A stretch of DNA of 64,000 nt from an uncultured Actinomycetes bacterium (GCA_963751565.1 CAVVVA010000002.1:198904-262903), one strand, 5' to 3'. Positions 48,722 through 58,596 are shown, counted from the first letter of the stretch. Translations and numbers: made by a program. Notes: a model not told the origin generated them from the sequence alone.

Positions 48722-49968
48722 CAGCCGTAGCGCCGAAAGACGAGCGTCGCGTTGTGGCCGCCAAAGCCGAAGGAGTTGGAGGCGGCCACGTTCACAGTCG
48801 CCGGACGCGCCGTGAGCGGCACGTAGTCGAGGTCGCATTCCGGGTCGGGAACGGTCAGGTTGATGGTGGGTGGAATGACGCCGCGGTCGATGGTCAGCAC
48901 CGAGATGATCGCCTCGAGCGCACCGGAGCCGCCCAGGCAGTGACCGATCATCGACTTCGTCGAGGAGATCGCGACCTTGCGGGCGTTCTTTTCGCCCAGG
49001 GCGATCTTGATCACGCGGGTCTCGGCGATGTCGCCGGGCGGCGTGGAGGTGCCGTGGGCGTTGATGTAGTCGATCTCGGCAGGGTCGATGCCGGCCTCGT
49101 CGATGGCCATGCGCATGGCGCGCGCCTGCGTCAGTCCGGTCTCGTCGGGCAGCGTCAGGTGAAAGGCGTCGGAGCTCATGCCGTAGCCGACGAGCTCGGC
49201 GTGGATCGTCGCCCCCCGCGCCTCGGCGTGGCCGAGCTCCTCGAGCACCATGATGCCGGCGCCCTCGCCCATGACGAAGCCGTCGCGGTCGCGGTCGAAC
49301 GGCCGGCTGGCCTTTTCGGGCTCGTCGTTGCGGGTCGACAGAGCCCGCATGGCGGCAAACGCCGTGAGGCCGACGTTGCAGATCGGCGCCTCGCTGCCGC
49401 CGGCGAACATGGCGTCGGCCGCGCCGCGGCGGATCATCTCGAAGGCGTCGCCGATGCCGTTGGTGCTCGCCGCACAGGCCGTGCAGACGGTGGACAGCGG
49501 GCCCTTGGTGCCCAGCCCCAGCGAGATCTGGGCGGCGGCCATGTTGGGGATCATCATCGGGATGAACAGCGGGCTCATGCGGTCGTTGCCCTTGGTCCAC
49601 ATCGTGCGCAGCTGATCCTCGAAGGTGCCCAGGCCGCCGACGCCGCTGGCGACCACGGCGCCGACCCGGTCGGGCTCCTTGCTCACGTCGAGCCGGGAGT
49701 CGTCCTGGGCCATGATGGCCGCGGCCAGCGCGTACTGGGCGAACGGGTCCATGCGGCGCTGGGTGCGGCGGTCCATGTACTCGAGAGGGTCGAAGTCGCG
49801 GACCTCGGCGGCAATGCGCACCGGCAGCGACGAGGCGTCGAAATTGTGGATGAGCCCCACGCCCGACTGACCGGCGATCAGGCGGCTCCAGAAACGGTCG
49901 ATGTCGCAGCCGAGCGGCGACACCACACCCATGCCGGTGACGACGACTCGTCGGGGATCGTTGCTCAT
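48721..49968 (-). CDS. fabF: beta-ketoacyl-ACP synthase II
   Basis: KAS II active-site blocks (…[10 protein letters not shown]…, …[11 protein letters not shown]…, …GHCLGGSG…); ATG after AAGGAG; its stop overlaps the accD ATG (TGATG). Confidence 0.9.
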   Translation of the reverse strand: MSNDPRRVVVTGMGVVSPLGCDIDRFWSRLIAGQSGVGLIHNFDASSLPVRIAAEVRDFDPLEYMDRRTQRRMDPFAQYALAAAIMAQDDSRLDVSKEPDRVGAVVASGVGGLGTFEDQLRTMWTKGNDRMSPLFIPMMIPNMAAAQISLGLGTKGPLSTVCTACAASTNGIGDAFEMIRRGAADAMFAGGSEAPICNVGLTAFAAMRALSTRNDEPEKASRPFDRDRDGFVMGEGAGIMVLEELGHAEARGATIHAELVGYGMSSDAFHLTLPDETGLTQARAMRMAIDEAGIDPAEIDYINAHGTSTPPGDIAETRVIKIALGEKNARKVAISSTKSMIGHCLGGSGALEAIISVLTIDRGVIPPTINLTVPDPECDLDYVPLTARPATVNVAASNSFGFGGHNATLVFRRYG

Positions 49969-50019
49969 GCAGGATCGCTCCTTAAGGATCGGCCGGACCA
50001 CCGCGGCCTTTGCCACCTG

Positions 50020-50775
50020 TCAGGTGCCGAGGCCGCCGTCGACCGGGAGTGTGCACCCGGTAATGTACCGCGACAGCGGCGATGCGAGAAACAGCACTGC
50101 GTTGGCGACGTCGGACGGACGGCCGATGCTCCGCAGCGGCGTCGCGTCGACGATCGCCTGCCGCACCTCGGCGGCCAGCGCCTGGGTCATGGCGGTGTCG
50201 ATGTAGCCGGGAGCCACCGCGTTGACGCGGATGGTGCGCGGCCCGAGCTCCTTGGCCAGCGACTTGGTGAGGCCGATGATGCCCGCCTTGGCGGCCGCGT
50301 AGTTGGCCTGGCCGGCGTTGCCGCGGCGCCCCACCACGCTCGAGATGTTGATGATCGAGCCCTCGCGGCGGCGCAGCATCTTGCGGGCCGCCGCCTTGGA
50401 GACCAGAAACGTGCCGCGCAGATGGGTGCGGATGACGCCGTCGAACTCGTCGGGGGTCATGAGCATCGCGACGTTATCGCGCGTGATGCCGGCGTTGTTG
50501 ACCACGATGGAGAGCGGACCAAGCTCGGCCTCGACCCGGTCGACGATCTCGGCGACGCTCTGCTCGTCGCCGACGTCGCCCATCACGCACAAGGCGCCGA
50601 CGCCCATCGCTTCGATCTCCGCGACCAGGGCCTGGCAGACATCCTCGCCGGCGTAGTCGTTGACGGCGACCGCGGCGCCGGCCGCGGCGAGCGTCAGCGC
50701 GATCTCGCGCCCGATGCCGCGGCCGGCGCCGGTCACGAGCGCGATCTTGCCGCTCAGGTCGATCGTCGTGGTCAT
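50020..50775 (-). CDS. fabG: 3-oxoacyl-ACP reductase (SDR family)
   Basis: TGAGRGIGREIA Rossmann motif, NNAG, the YxxxK catalytic dyad (YAAAK). Confidence 0.9.
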   Translation of the reverse strand: MTTTIDLSGKIALVTGAGRGIGREIALTLAAAGAAVAVNDYAGEDVCQALVAEIEAMGVGALCVMGDVGDEQSVAEIVDRVEAELGPLSIVVNNAGITRDNVAMLMTPDEFDGVIRTHLRGTFLVSKAAARKMLRRREGSIINISSVVGRRGNAGQANYAAAKAGIIGLTKSLAKELGPRTIRVNAVAPGYIDTAMTQALAAEVRQAIVDATPLRSIGRPSDVANAVLFLASPLSRYITGCTLPVDGGLGT

Positions 50776-51707
50776 CGGTCCGCCTCTCCGCCGGTGGCCC
50801 AGCCGCCGCCGAGCGCCGTCGCGAGCGAGTCGATGTCGCCCGCGGTCGCCGTGGCGGCCGAGCCGTCGATCCGTTTGACGAGGCCGGCGAGCACGGCCCC
50901 CGGTCCGACCTCGAGATACGCATTGTACCCCTCGCCCGACAGCCGGCGTATCGACTCCTCGAATCGCACCGGCGACACCAGCTGCCGGGCGAGCAGCGCC
51001 GGAAAGCCGTCGTGCTCGAACTCGGCGCTGCAGGTCGAAAAGAAGGCCGGCGCCGGCGCGGCCCACGACGTCGCCGCGAGCGGGCCGTGCAGGGCCTCGG
51101 CGGCCGGCGCCACGAGCGGCGAGTGGAACGCCCCGCTCACCGCGAGGCGCACCACGCGCCGCGCGCCGGCCGCCTTCGCCGCCTCTTCGAAAGCCTCGAG
51201 TGAGCTCTCGGCGCAACTCACCACGACCTGGCCCGGACAGTTGAAGTTGGCCGGCCAGACGGAGTCGAGGCCGGCGCACAGCCCTTCGACCGCGCCGGCC
51301 TCGAGACCGAGCACGGCCACCATGCCGCCCGGGCGGCGCGCGGCGGCGGCGGCCATGGCCTCGCCGCGCGCCTTGACGAGCGTCAGCGCGTCGCGAAAGC
51401 CCAGGGCGCCGGTGGCCACGAGAGCGCTGTACTCGCCCAGGCTGTGGCCGAGCGCCACGTCGAAGGCAAAGCCGCCGTCGCGCAGCACGCGCAGCGCGGC
51501 CACCGAGTGCGCGAGCAGCGCCGGCTGGGCGATCTCGGTGCGGGAGAGCTGCTCGGGCGATCCCCCGCGGCAGACGCCCGTGAGATCGTAGCCCAGCACG
51601 TCGCTGGCCTCGTCGAAGGCGTCACGGGCGATGGCGAAGCTGTCGCAGAGATCGCAGCCCATGCCGGCGGCCTGCGACCCTTGACCGGGGAACAGGACCG
51701 CGATCAC
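50772..51707 (-). CDS. fabD: malonyl-CoA:ACP transacylase
   Basis: FPGQGSQ and GHSLGEYSAL active-site motifs; ATGA overlap with fabG. Confidence 0.9.
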   Translation of the reverse strand: MIAVLFPGQGSQAAGMGCDLCDSFAIARDAFDEASDVLGYDLTGVCRGGSPEQLSRTEIAQPALLAHSVAALRVLRDGGFAFDVALGHSLGEYSALVATGALGFRDALTLVKARGEAMAAAAARRPGGMVAVLGLEAGAVEGLCAGLDSVWPANFNCPGQVVVSCAESSLEAFEEAAKAAGARRVVRLAVSGAFHSPLVAPAAEALHGPLAATSWAAPAPAFFSTCSAEFEHDGFPALLARQLVSPVRFEESIRRLSGEGYNAYLEVGPGAVLAGLVKRIDGSAATATAGDIDSLATALGGGWATGGEADR

Positions 51708-51744
51708 GGGCGCTTCCGACCGGGCGCCAGCGGGCCCATGGCCG

Positions 51745-52752
51745 TCACAGCTCCCACCTGGTCAGGCACGAACCCCAGGTGAGCCCCGCGCCGAAGCCGA
51801 CGATCAGCAGCCTGTCGCCCTTCTTCAGGCGGCCCTGTTCCATGGCGTCGTTCAGGCAGAGCGGGATAGATGCGCAGGAGGTGTTGCCGAACCGATCGAG
51901 GTTCCAGAAGACCTGTTCGTCGCTGAAGCCGAGCTGCGCGGCGACCTTCTCGATGATGCGCAGGTTGGCCTGGTGCGGCACGAACAGGTCGATCTCGGCG
52001 GCCGACACGCCGGCGTCGTCGAGCGTCTTCTGGCACGACTCGACCACCCGCCGCGTGGCAAAGCGGTACACCTCGCGACCGTTCATGCGCAGGAAGTGCT
52101 GGCGCTCGTCGACCGTTTCGTGACTGGCCGGCAGCCTGGTGCCGCCGGCCGGCATGCTGAGGTAGGGAGCGCCGGTGCCGTCGTTGCCCAGATCGAAGGC
52201 GAAGATCGAGCCGTTGTCGCTGGGCCGCACGAGCACGGCCCCGGCGCCGTCGCCGAACAGCACGCACGTGCTGCGGTCCCGCCAGTCGAGCGCCTTCGAA
52301 ATGGCCTCGGCCCCGGTCACGAGCACGTTGTCGTAGATGCCGGCCGACACGAACGCGGTGGCCGTGGCGAGACCGTAGACGAACCCGGTGCAGCCCGACT
52401 GCACGTCGAACGCCCCGGCGTTCAGGGCGCCGATGCGCTCGGCGATGACCGACGCCGTGGCCGGAAACGGCATGTCGGGCACGAGCGACGTGCTGATCAC
52501 GAGGTCGATGTCCTCGGCGTGGTGGCCGCTGCGAGCCAGCAGGTCGGCGGCCGCGGCGACGGCGAGGTCGGAGGTCGCCTGGTCGGGCCGGCACACCCGC
52601 CGCTCGCGGATGCCGGTGCGCGACGAGATCCACTCGTCGGAGGTGTCGATGGTGCGGGCCAGCTCGGCGTTGGTCAGGACGCGTTCGGGGATGAAAACGC
52701 CGAGCGCCGCGATCTTCGCTCCGTGAACGAGCCCCCGCCGGAGGCCGATCAA
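51745..52752 (-). CDS. fabH: beta-ketoacyl-ACP synthase III
   Basis: KAS III blocks (…SGCTGFVYGL…, …HQANLRI…, …GNTSCASIPL…); a TTG start is inferred from the TTGA overlap with the fabZ stop (no ATG/GTG available). Confidence 0.8.
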   Translation of the reverse strand: MIGLRRGLVHGAKIAALGVFIPERVLTNAELARTIDTSDEWISSRTGIRERRVCRPDQATSDLAVAAAADLLARSGHHAEDIDLVISTSLVPDMPFPATASVIAERIGALNAGAFDVQSGCTGFVYGLATATAFVSAGIYDNVLVTGAEAISKALDWRDRSTCVLFGDGAGAVLVRPSDNGSIFAFDLGNDGTGAPYLSMPAGGTRLPASHETVDERQHFLRMNGREVYRFATRRVVESCQKTLDDAGVSAAEIDLFVPHQANLRIIEKVAAQLGFSDEQVFWNLDRFGNTSCASIPLCLNDAMEQGRLKKGDRLLIVGFGAGLTWGSCLTRWEL

Positions 52753-53246
52753 CGGTCCTGCCCCGCGCCGGGGCTCAGTCGCGCCCGGCCGGACGCCGTC
52801 TCGTCGGCGTCGGCCATCGCGAACATGAGCTCGCCGCGGCAGGCCGTGTCGCCATCGACGGTGGCGCTCACCCTGCCGCGGCCCACCGCGCTGCGGGCCA
52901 TCGTGACCTCGACCTCGAGGTCGAGCGTGTCGCCCGGGGTGACGACGCGCTTGAACCGCACCTTGTCGATGCCGGCGAACAGGATCAGCTTGCCCCTGTT
53001 GGCCGGATGCGACAGCGCGGTCACGACGCCCGCCTGGGCGAGCGCCTCGACGATCAGCACGCCGGGCATGACGGGGTTGCCGGGAAAGTGGCCGGCGAAC
53101 CACCAGTCGTCTGCGCGGACGAGCCGGCGGGCGTGGCAACGCTCGCCCGGAATGAGCTCGACGACCTCGTCGAGCAGGAGGAACGGGTGACGGTGAGGGA
53201 TGAGCTCCTCGATCTGCTCGCGGGTGAGGGCGACGCCGGCGTTCAT
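52749..53246 (-). CDS. fabZ: 3-hydroxyacyl-ACP dehydratase
   Basis: Hotdog-fold motifs (…HRHPFLLLDEV…FAGHFPGNPVMPGVL…); ATG after GGTGGAGG; ATGA overlap with the anti-sigma stop. Confidence 0.85.
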   Translation of the reverse strand: MNAGVALTREQIEELIPHRHPFLLLDEVVELIPGERCHARRLVRADDWWFAGHFPGNPVMPGVLIVEALAQAGVVTALSHPANRGKLILFAGIDKVRFKRVVTPGDTLDLEVEVTMARSAVGRGRVSATVDGDTACRGELMFAMADADETASGRARLSPGAGQDR

Positions 53247-53644
53247 GCCTCCACCTCGTCCTCGTCGACCTTGCGACCGTACCTGCGCTGCAGGCCGATC
53301 ACCACCGCAGCCAGCGCCAGACCATAGTAGGCATAGCGCCTGACGCGGCGCGGCACGCGACCGGGCAGCACGCCGCCGGTCGCGGTCGAGAGCGCCCGCT
53401 CGAGCGCCGACGGTTCGGGCCGCGCCTCGAGGGCCGTCATGACGCGGTCGACAAAGCCGGCCGGCACGTCGACCGTGACCTCGCGCGTGGCCTGCAGCAC
53501 GCTGCGCGCCGCCGCGATCCCCTGCAGCTCGGCCGCGCAGTCGCCGCACAGGCTCAAGTGCCTCTGGAACTCGACGACCTGGCCGTCGTCGAGCTCGCCG
53601 TCGATGTACCGCTGGATGACCTCGCGGCACGAAACGCAGTCCAT
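53243..53644 (-). CDS. anti-sigma factor (zf-HC2 type, single TM)
   Basis: CxxC…H…CxxC zinc motif (MDCVSCREV…HLSLCGDCAAEL) and a C-terminal TM helix; 1-nt overlap with the sigma factor stop. Confidence 0.7.
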   Translation of the reverse strand: MDCVSCREVIQRYIDGELDDGQVVEFQRHLSLCGDCAAELQGIAAARSVLQATREVTVDVPAGFVDRVMTALEARPEPSALERALSTATGGVLPGRVPRRVRRYAYYGLALAAVVIGLQRRYGRKVDEDEVEA

Positions 53645-54222
53645 CAGGCCTCCTCGTCGAATGCGCCGCCGGCCTGCAGGCGCAGCCGCAGCGAGGTGCG
53701 GCCGCGGTGCACGCAGGCCTTGACCGTGCCGAGCGGCCGGTCGAGGGCGTCGGAGATCTCGCCGTAGCGCAGCCCATAGAGGTCGCGCAGGACGAGCGGG
53801 AGGCGATAGTCGGGAGGCAGGTCGGCGAGCGCCCTCATGACGCGCGCATAGCCGTCGCGCCGCAGTACGTCGGCGACGGGGTCGGCGACGGGTTCGGGCA
53901 CGTCGGGCAACGCGCCGTACTTCCGGTAGCGGCGCTGGTAGTCGATGATCGCGTTCAGCGCCAGACGAAAGAACCACGTCGTGAACGTGGAGTACCCGCG
54001 AAACCCGCTGAGCTTCTGATGCAGCCGCAGGAACGCCTCCTGCGACGCGTCTTCGGCGTCGACGTGGTTGCCGAGCAGGTTGTAGGCCATCGTGTAGACC
54101 ATGCCCTGGTACCTCTCCACGATCCTGCGAAACGCCTCCCGGTCGCCCGCCGCCGCGGCCGCGACGTCGTGCGGGCTCGGCTCGGGGAGATCGGTGTGGT
54201 CGGCGAAGTTAGACGGCGTCAT
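53644..54222 (-). CDS. ECF (sigma-70 family group 4) RNA polymerase sigma factor
   Basis: Region 2 (…DAEDASQEAFLRLH…) and region 4 (…YRLPLVLRDLYGLRYGEISDALDRPLGTVKA…). Confidence 0.85.
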   Translation of the reverse strand: MTPSNFADHTDLPEPSPHDVAAAAAGDREAFRRIVERYQGMVYTMAYNLLGNHVDAEDASQEAFLRLHQKLSGFRGYSTFTTWFFRLALNAIIDYQRRYRKYGALPDVPEPVADPVADVLRRDGYARVMRALADLPPDYRLPLVLRDLYGLRYGEISDALDRPLGTVKACVHRGRTSLRLRLQAGGAFDEEA

Positions 54223-54363
54223 CGCGCAAAAGGTTGCAGGGTGGTCCTTCTGGGTCGGGCGGCCGGCCGCGGGAGCGCCGGCCGATCGTGCCTGGTGGGG
54301 GATGAGTCTACACCTCGCGAGCGGCGCGCCGTCACGCGCGACGCCGCCTTGCGCCGCCCTGTC

Positions 54364-54975
54364 CTATCCCGTGCGCCCGCGCTGCGCGCCCGGCTGCGTC
54401 AGCCGCTTGGCGAACACGAGCTGCTCCTTCTCGAGGTCGTAGCCGCGGCGCCCGTAGAAGAGGTGCGAGACGCGCCGCTCCCGCCGCGAGCGGACGCGGA
54501 GCTGCACGACGCCGCGCTCGGCGGCCCACGTCTCGACCGCGTCCAGGAGCGCCGTGGCGACGCCCCGTCGCCGCGCGGCGGCCGCCACCACGAGGCCGCC
54601 GAGCTCGACGAACGGCTCGCTCACGAGCAGCCGCCGTTCGAGGCCCTGCACGAAGCCGACCACCTCGCCGGCGATCTCGGCAACGAAGATCTGGCTCGCC
54701 CCGTCGCCGGAAAGCGTCGTCACCCGCTGCTCGGCTTCACCGGCCGAGACTTCGTAGCCCAGCTCGCCGCTGAGGCGGGCGAGGGCGGGCGCGTCGCCCG
54801 CCCTCGCCGCCCTTACGGCGATGTTTTCGCTTCTGCCCCGCGACCTGTTCGCACCCGCTTCGCCCGGCGCTCCCGCCGCGTTCACGCCCGCTTCGCCCGG
54901 CGCTCCCGCCGCACTCACGCCCCCACCTGCGGTGCCGCCGGCGCTCACGTCACGACCGCCCGTGCAGGTGCTCAT
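54364..54975 (-). CDS. GNAT-family N-acetyltransferase with a repetitive N-terminal extension
   Basis: Acetyl-CoA-binding motif (…QLRVRSRRERRVSHLFYGRRGY…); start uncertain; the N-terminus is coded by a 33-bp tandem repeat (54866-54931, AAGAPGEAG x2). Confidence 0.65.
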   Translation of the reverse strand: MSTCTGGRDVSAGGTAGGGVSAAGAPGEAGVNAAGAPGEAGANRSRGRSENIAVRAARAGDAPALARLSGELGYEVSAGEAEQRVTTLSGDGASQIFVAEIAGEVVGFVQGLERRLLVSEPFVELGGLVVAAAARRRGVATALLDAVETWAAERGVVQLRVRSRRERRVSHLFYGRRGYDLEKEQLVFAKRLTQPGAQRGRTG

Positions 54976-55894
54976 GTTCTGGTTGGTCTTCGGTGTGCCG
55001 CTCCTTGCCGGGCGGGTGCGCGTGCGGATGCGAGTGCAGCAGCGCGCCGTGATGGTGAGCGTGCTCGTGGATGAGATTGACCGAGAGCAGCAGGTCACGG
55101 TCGGCGAGCACGTCGGCGAGCCGCCCGTCGGCCGCGGGGCGGTGGTCTTCGCCGAGGACCACCGCCCGGTCGACGAGCCGCTCGAGGACGTCGAGCTGGT
55201 GGGTGGCCACGACGATCGTCTTGCCGCTGTCGTGAAGCTGCTCGAGCAGCTCGATCAGCCACTCCTGGGTGCGCGGGTCGAGGCCGTTCGTGGGCTCGTC
55301 GAGCATCAACACCTCGGGGTTGATCGAGAGCACCGACGCCAGGGCGACCTTCTTCTTCTCGCCGCCGCTCAGGTTGTACGGCGCTCGCTTCGCCAGCGCG
55401 GCAAGGCCGAGCATGCCCAGCGTGTCGTCGACGCGCGCCAGGATCTCGTCGCGCGGCAGATCGAGGTGCAGCGGCCCGAAGGCGACCTCGTCGCGCACGG
55501 TGGGGTTGAAGAGCTGAGCGTCGGCGCTCTGAAAGACCATGCCGACGCGCCTGCGAAAGCGCTGCGCCGTCGCTTCGTCTCTGAGCCCGCCGTCGTCGAT
55601 GCGCTCACCGAAGGCCTCGACCGTGCCCTGGGTCGGCCGGGCGAGACCGGCGAGGACCTTGAGCAGGGTCGACTTGCCGGAGCCGTTGGCGCCGAGAATG
55701 GCGAGGCGCTCGCCGCGGTCGATCTGCAGATCGACCGCGGCGAGCGCCTCGACCCCGGGGGCGTACTCGTAGCCGACGCCGGCGAGGCAAAACAGGACGG
55801 GCGCGGGTTCGCGCTCGCCGTCGGGCGCACCGCCGTTGGGGGCCCTGCCGTCGTGCGGTGTGCGGGGCGGCGGTGCAACCGCCGGATCGGCCAT
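54950..55894 (-). CDS. cbiO: ECF-transporter ATPase (CbiO/NikO-type) with a His-rich C-terminal tail
   Basis: Walker A GANGSGKST, LSGGEKKK, LMLDEPT; C-terminal HEHAHHHGALLHSHPHAHPP…HEHLH; start overlaps the cbiQ stop (TGATG). Confidence 0.85.
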   Translation of the reverse strand: MADPAVAPPPRTPHDGRAPNGGAPDGEREPAPVLFCLAGVGYEYAPGVEALAAVDLQIDRGERLAILGANGSGKSTLLKVLAGLARPTQGTVEAFGERIDDGGLRDEATAQRFRRRVGMVFQSADAQLFNPTVRDEVAFGPLHLDLPRDEILARVDDTLGMLGLAALAKRAPYNLSGGEKKKVALASVLSINPEVLMLDEPTNGLDPRTQEWLIELLEQLHDSGKTIVVATHQLDVLERLVDRAVVLGEDHRPAADGRLADVLADRDLLLSVNLIHEHAHHHGALLHSHPHAHPPGKERHTEDQPEHEHLHGRS

Positions 55895-56697
55895 CAGTGC
55901 GTCCCCGCGGTGAGCTCGAACCAGACGAGGGCGACGAGGCCCGCAGCCATGACCGCGCTCCACACGAGGTCGAGCCGCCGCAGGCGCCAGGTGCTCAGCG
56001 TGCGCGCGTCGCCTGAGTAGCCGCGCGAGATCATCGCCAGGTAGACCTGCTCGCTCGTCGCCTGGGACTTGCCGAACACGGCCGCCACCGTTCCCCCCAG
56101 GAAGTGGCGGTCCTCGCGGTCCGAGACGCGGCCGACGAGCCGGCTCATGCGGGCGATCGCCATGTCCTGCACCAGCCTGACCAGCGTGAAGACGTAGCGA
56201 TAGGCGACCACCAGCACGAAGACAAAGCCGCGCGGCACGCCCACGGCGCGCATCGCCTTGAGCAGTTCGGCCCATGGGGTCGTGAGCGTCAGCAGCACGC
56301 AGAACGAGACGACCGTCGTGACCCGCAGCACGAGGCGCGCGAAGGCAAACAGACCGGGCGTCGTGACCGCGAGCCTGCCCGGCAGCGGCCAGAAGGGGGC
56401 GCCGTGCGACCACAGCGTCAGCACGGCGTGCCCCGGGGTGACGATGTTGAAGATCGCCGGCGCCATGATCGCCGCGGTGAACAGCGGGATGAACAGCCAG
56501 GCCCGAACGGCGAACTGCCGCAGGCCGATGCGCGAGGCCGGCACGAGGGCAACCGCCACCGCCAGCAGCACGAGCAGCACCGTCATGCGCGTGGCCAGGG
56601 CGGTGGTCACGATGAGCGCCAGCAGACTGACGAGCTTGACACGCGGATCGAGGCGCTGCAGGAGCCCCGGACGACGCGCCAGTTCGTCGGCGACCAT
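55894..56697 (-). CDS. cbiQ: ECF transporter transmembrane (T) component CbiQ
   Basis: Five-TM pattern of the CbiQ family; start within 56697-56913 uncertain. Confidence 0.75.
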   Translation of the reverse strand: MVADELARRPGLLQRLDPRVKLVSLLALIVTTALATRMTVLLVLLAVAVALVPASRIGLRQFAVRAWLFIPLFTAAIMAPAIFNIVTPGHAVLTLWSHGAPFWPLPGRLAVTTPGLFAFARLVLRVTTVVSFCVLLTLTTPWAELLKAMRAVGVPRGFVFVLVVAYRYVFTLVRLVQDMAIARMSRLVGRVSDREDRHFLGGTVAAVFGKSQATSEQVYLAMISRGYSGDARTLSTWRLRRLDLVWSAVMAAGLVALVWFELTAGTH

Positions 56698-56925
56698 GGC
56701 GCGCTCGACCCAGGCGGCCAGCGTGCCGAGCAGCCGGTCGGTGAACAGGCGCCGTGAGCGGCGCGGGCGGGCCGGCTGCGCCGGCCCGCCCGCGCCCTCC
56801 GCCGGCGCCAGCAGCCACGCCGGCACCCCATCGCTCGGACGGGGTGGGCCGCCGTGAGCGGACGGACCTGCGGCATCGGCCACGAGGGGACTCACCGTGT
56901 GGTCAGCTCGCATAGCGAGCCGCGC

Positions 56926-57993
56926 TCAAAGTGCGCCGTCCACGGGCGGCGGGCCGACCGGTGTCTGAGCCGCCACCTGTGTCCGAGCCGCCACCTGCGT
57001 CCGGGCCACCCGATGCCGCAGCCTGATCACCAGCCAGACGATCGCCGAGAGCACTGCCACGCCGACCAGCGCGCTCACGATGTAGGAGACGACGGTCCAC
57101 ACACCACTCGCCCCGCTCCAGCCGTAGTCGGGCAGCAGGCCGCGCCAGTGTCCGCCTAGGCGGGCGAAGCCCTGGGGCACGTAGCCAACGCGTTTGCGCA
57201 GCTCGCCTGAGCCCCACTCGGCAAACGCGCCGCCGCCGGCGATCAGCCCCAGCGGCACGGCCGCGATGAACACGGCCAGCAGGGCGACGATCCAGCGACG
57301 CCGCACCGGTCTCGTGCCGGCGCCGGCCTCGAACAGCTCGGGGCTCTGGCGCCTGAGCACGGCAAAGACGCCGACCGTGAAGGCCGCTTCGACGGGACCC
57401 ACGAGCAGGGCGTGCGAGCCGACCATCGCCGGAAACGTCGTCTTCAAGCCGTAGGGGAAGTACTGGGCGATGCCGTTGACGGTGTGCAACAGGGGCTGGA
57501 TGCCGAGCTCGATGCTGTTGAGAAAGGCGGCCGCCACGAGGCCGCACCAGGCGCCCACGCCGGCCGCCCAGAGGCGCCGCGACGACTGCAGGTCGCTGCC
57601 GCCGGCCACCAGGCGATAGACGGCGTAGCCGGCGTAAGGCATGACGATCGCCATGTTCAGGACGTTGATGCCCAGCGTCAGGACGCCCCCGTCGCCAAAG
57701 AAGAAGGCCTGGATGACCAAGGCCGCGCTGACCGCCAGGCAGGCGATGTCGGGTCCGGCGATCACGGCGATCAGCACCGCCCCGACGGCGTGCGCCGTAG
57801 TGCCTCCCGCCACGGGCACGTTGAGCATCATGACGAGAAACGAAAATGCCGCGCCGAAGGCCAGCACGGGGATCATCCTGGGCTCCGAGAGGAGCTGCCG
57901 GGTGCGCCGGTTGGCGCGATACCAGATCGGCACGGTGACCGCCCAGCCGGCGGCCAGCGTCTCCGGCCCCAGATAGCCGTCGGGTATGTGCAT
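56926..57993 (-). CDS. cbiM: ECF transporter substrate-capture component CbiM/NikM fused to a CbiN/NikN-like C-terminal segment
   Basis: Canonical MHIPDGYL N-terminus; extra C-terminal TM region (…LPDYGWSG…TVVSYIVSALVGVAVL…). Confidence 0.85.
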   Translation of the reverse strand: MHIPDGYLGPETLAAGWAVTVPIWYRANRRTRQLLSEPRMIPVLAFGAAFSFLVMMLNVPVAGGTTAHAVGAVLIAVIAGPDIACLAVSAALVIQAFFFGDGGVLTLGINVLNMAIVMPYAGYAVYRLVAGGSDLQSSRRLWAAGVGAWCGLVAAAFLNSIELGIQPLLHTVNGIAQYFPYGLKTTFPAMVGSHALLVGPVEAAFTVGVFAVLRRQSPELFEAGAGTRPVRRRWIVALLAVFIAAVPLGLIAGGGAFAEWGSGELRKRVGYVPQGFARLGGHWRGLLPDYGWSGASGVWTVVSYIVSALVGVAVLSAIVWLVIRLRHRVARTQVAARTQVAAQTPVGPPPVDGAL

Positions 57994-58029
57994 GGCTTTC
58001 CCTGTTCCTGCCTGGTTGCCGGCCTGTCG

Positions 58030-58464
58030 TCAGTCCGACGCCGCTTCGGCCGGCTCCCGACAGTCCCGGCAGAGGCCGAACACGGTCATGCGAGCCTCGC
58101 TCACCAGAAAGCCGGCCGAGTCGAGCAGCTCGTGCCGAACGGGCTCGAGGAGCTCGTCGTCGAGGTGGCCTACCGCGCCGCAGCCCTTGCAGACGAAGTG
58201 GTGGTGCACCGGCGCGGGGGCGACCTCGTAGTAGGTGGCGACGCCCGCGAGCCTCGTCTCCTGGACGAGCTCGAGCCCGACCAGCAGCTCGAGCGTGCGA
58301 TAGACCGTGGACACGTTCACCTCGGGCAGCGTCTGCTGCACCTCGGCGGCGATCTCGTCGGCGGTCCGGTGACGGCCGCCGCGGCGCACCGCCTCCCAGA
58401 CGGCCACGCGCTGCGGGGTCAGCCTGTAGCCGGCCTTGCGGATCGTCTCGCGAGCGTGGTGCAT
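58030..58464 (-). CDS. Fur-family metalloregulator (probably nickel-responsive, Nur-like, from context)
   Basis: DNA-binding winged helix plus the HHHFVCKGCG metal site; lies immediately upstream of cbiMNQO. Confidence 0.85.
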   Translation of the reverse strand: MHHARETIRKAGYRLTPQRVAVWEAVRRGGRHRTADEIAAEVQQTLPEVNVSTVYRTLELLVGLELVQETRLAGVATYYEVAPAPVHHHFVCKGCGAVGHLDDELLEPVRHELLDSAGFLVSEARMTVFGLCRDCREPAEAASD

Positions 58465-58596
58465 GGTGCGACGCTATCGCAACCGCAACCGAGTCGCAAG
58501 TGCCACCTTTTGGCCGGATCGGCGGCGGCAGGCCGCCGCTCACCGCGTCGCGGGAGCACCGGCGACGGTCCCGGTTTCGCGCCGGGTATGCTTGCC

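Noticed and set aside
57994-58029. B12 riboswitch upstream of cbiM
   Set aside because: Only 36 nt separate the Fur-family gene and cbiM, too short for a cobalamin riboswitch. Regulation is more likely by the Fur-family protein.
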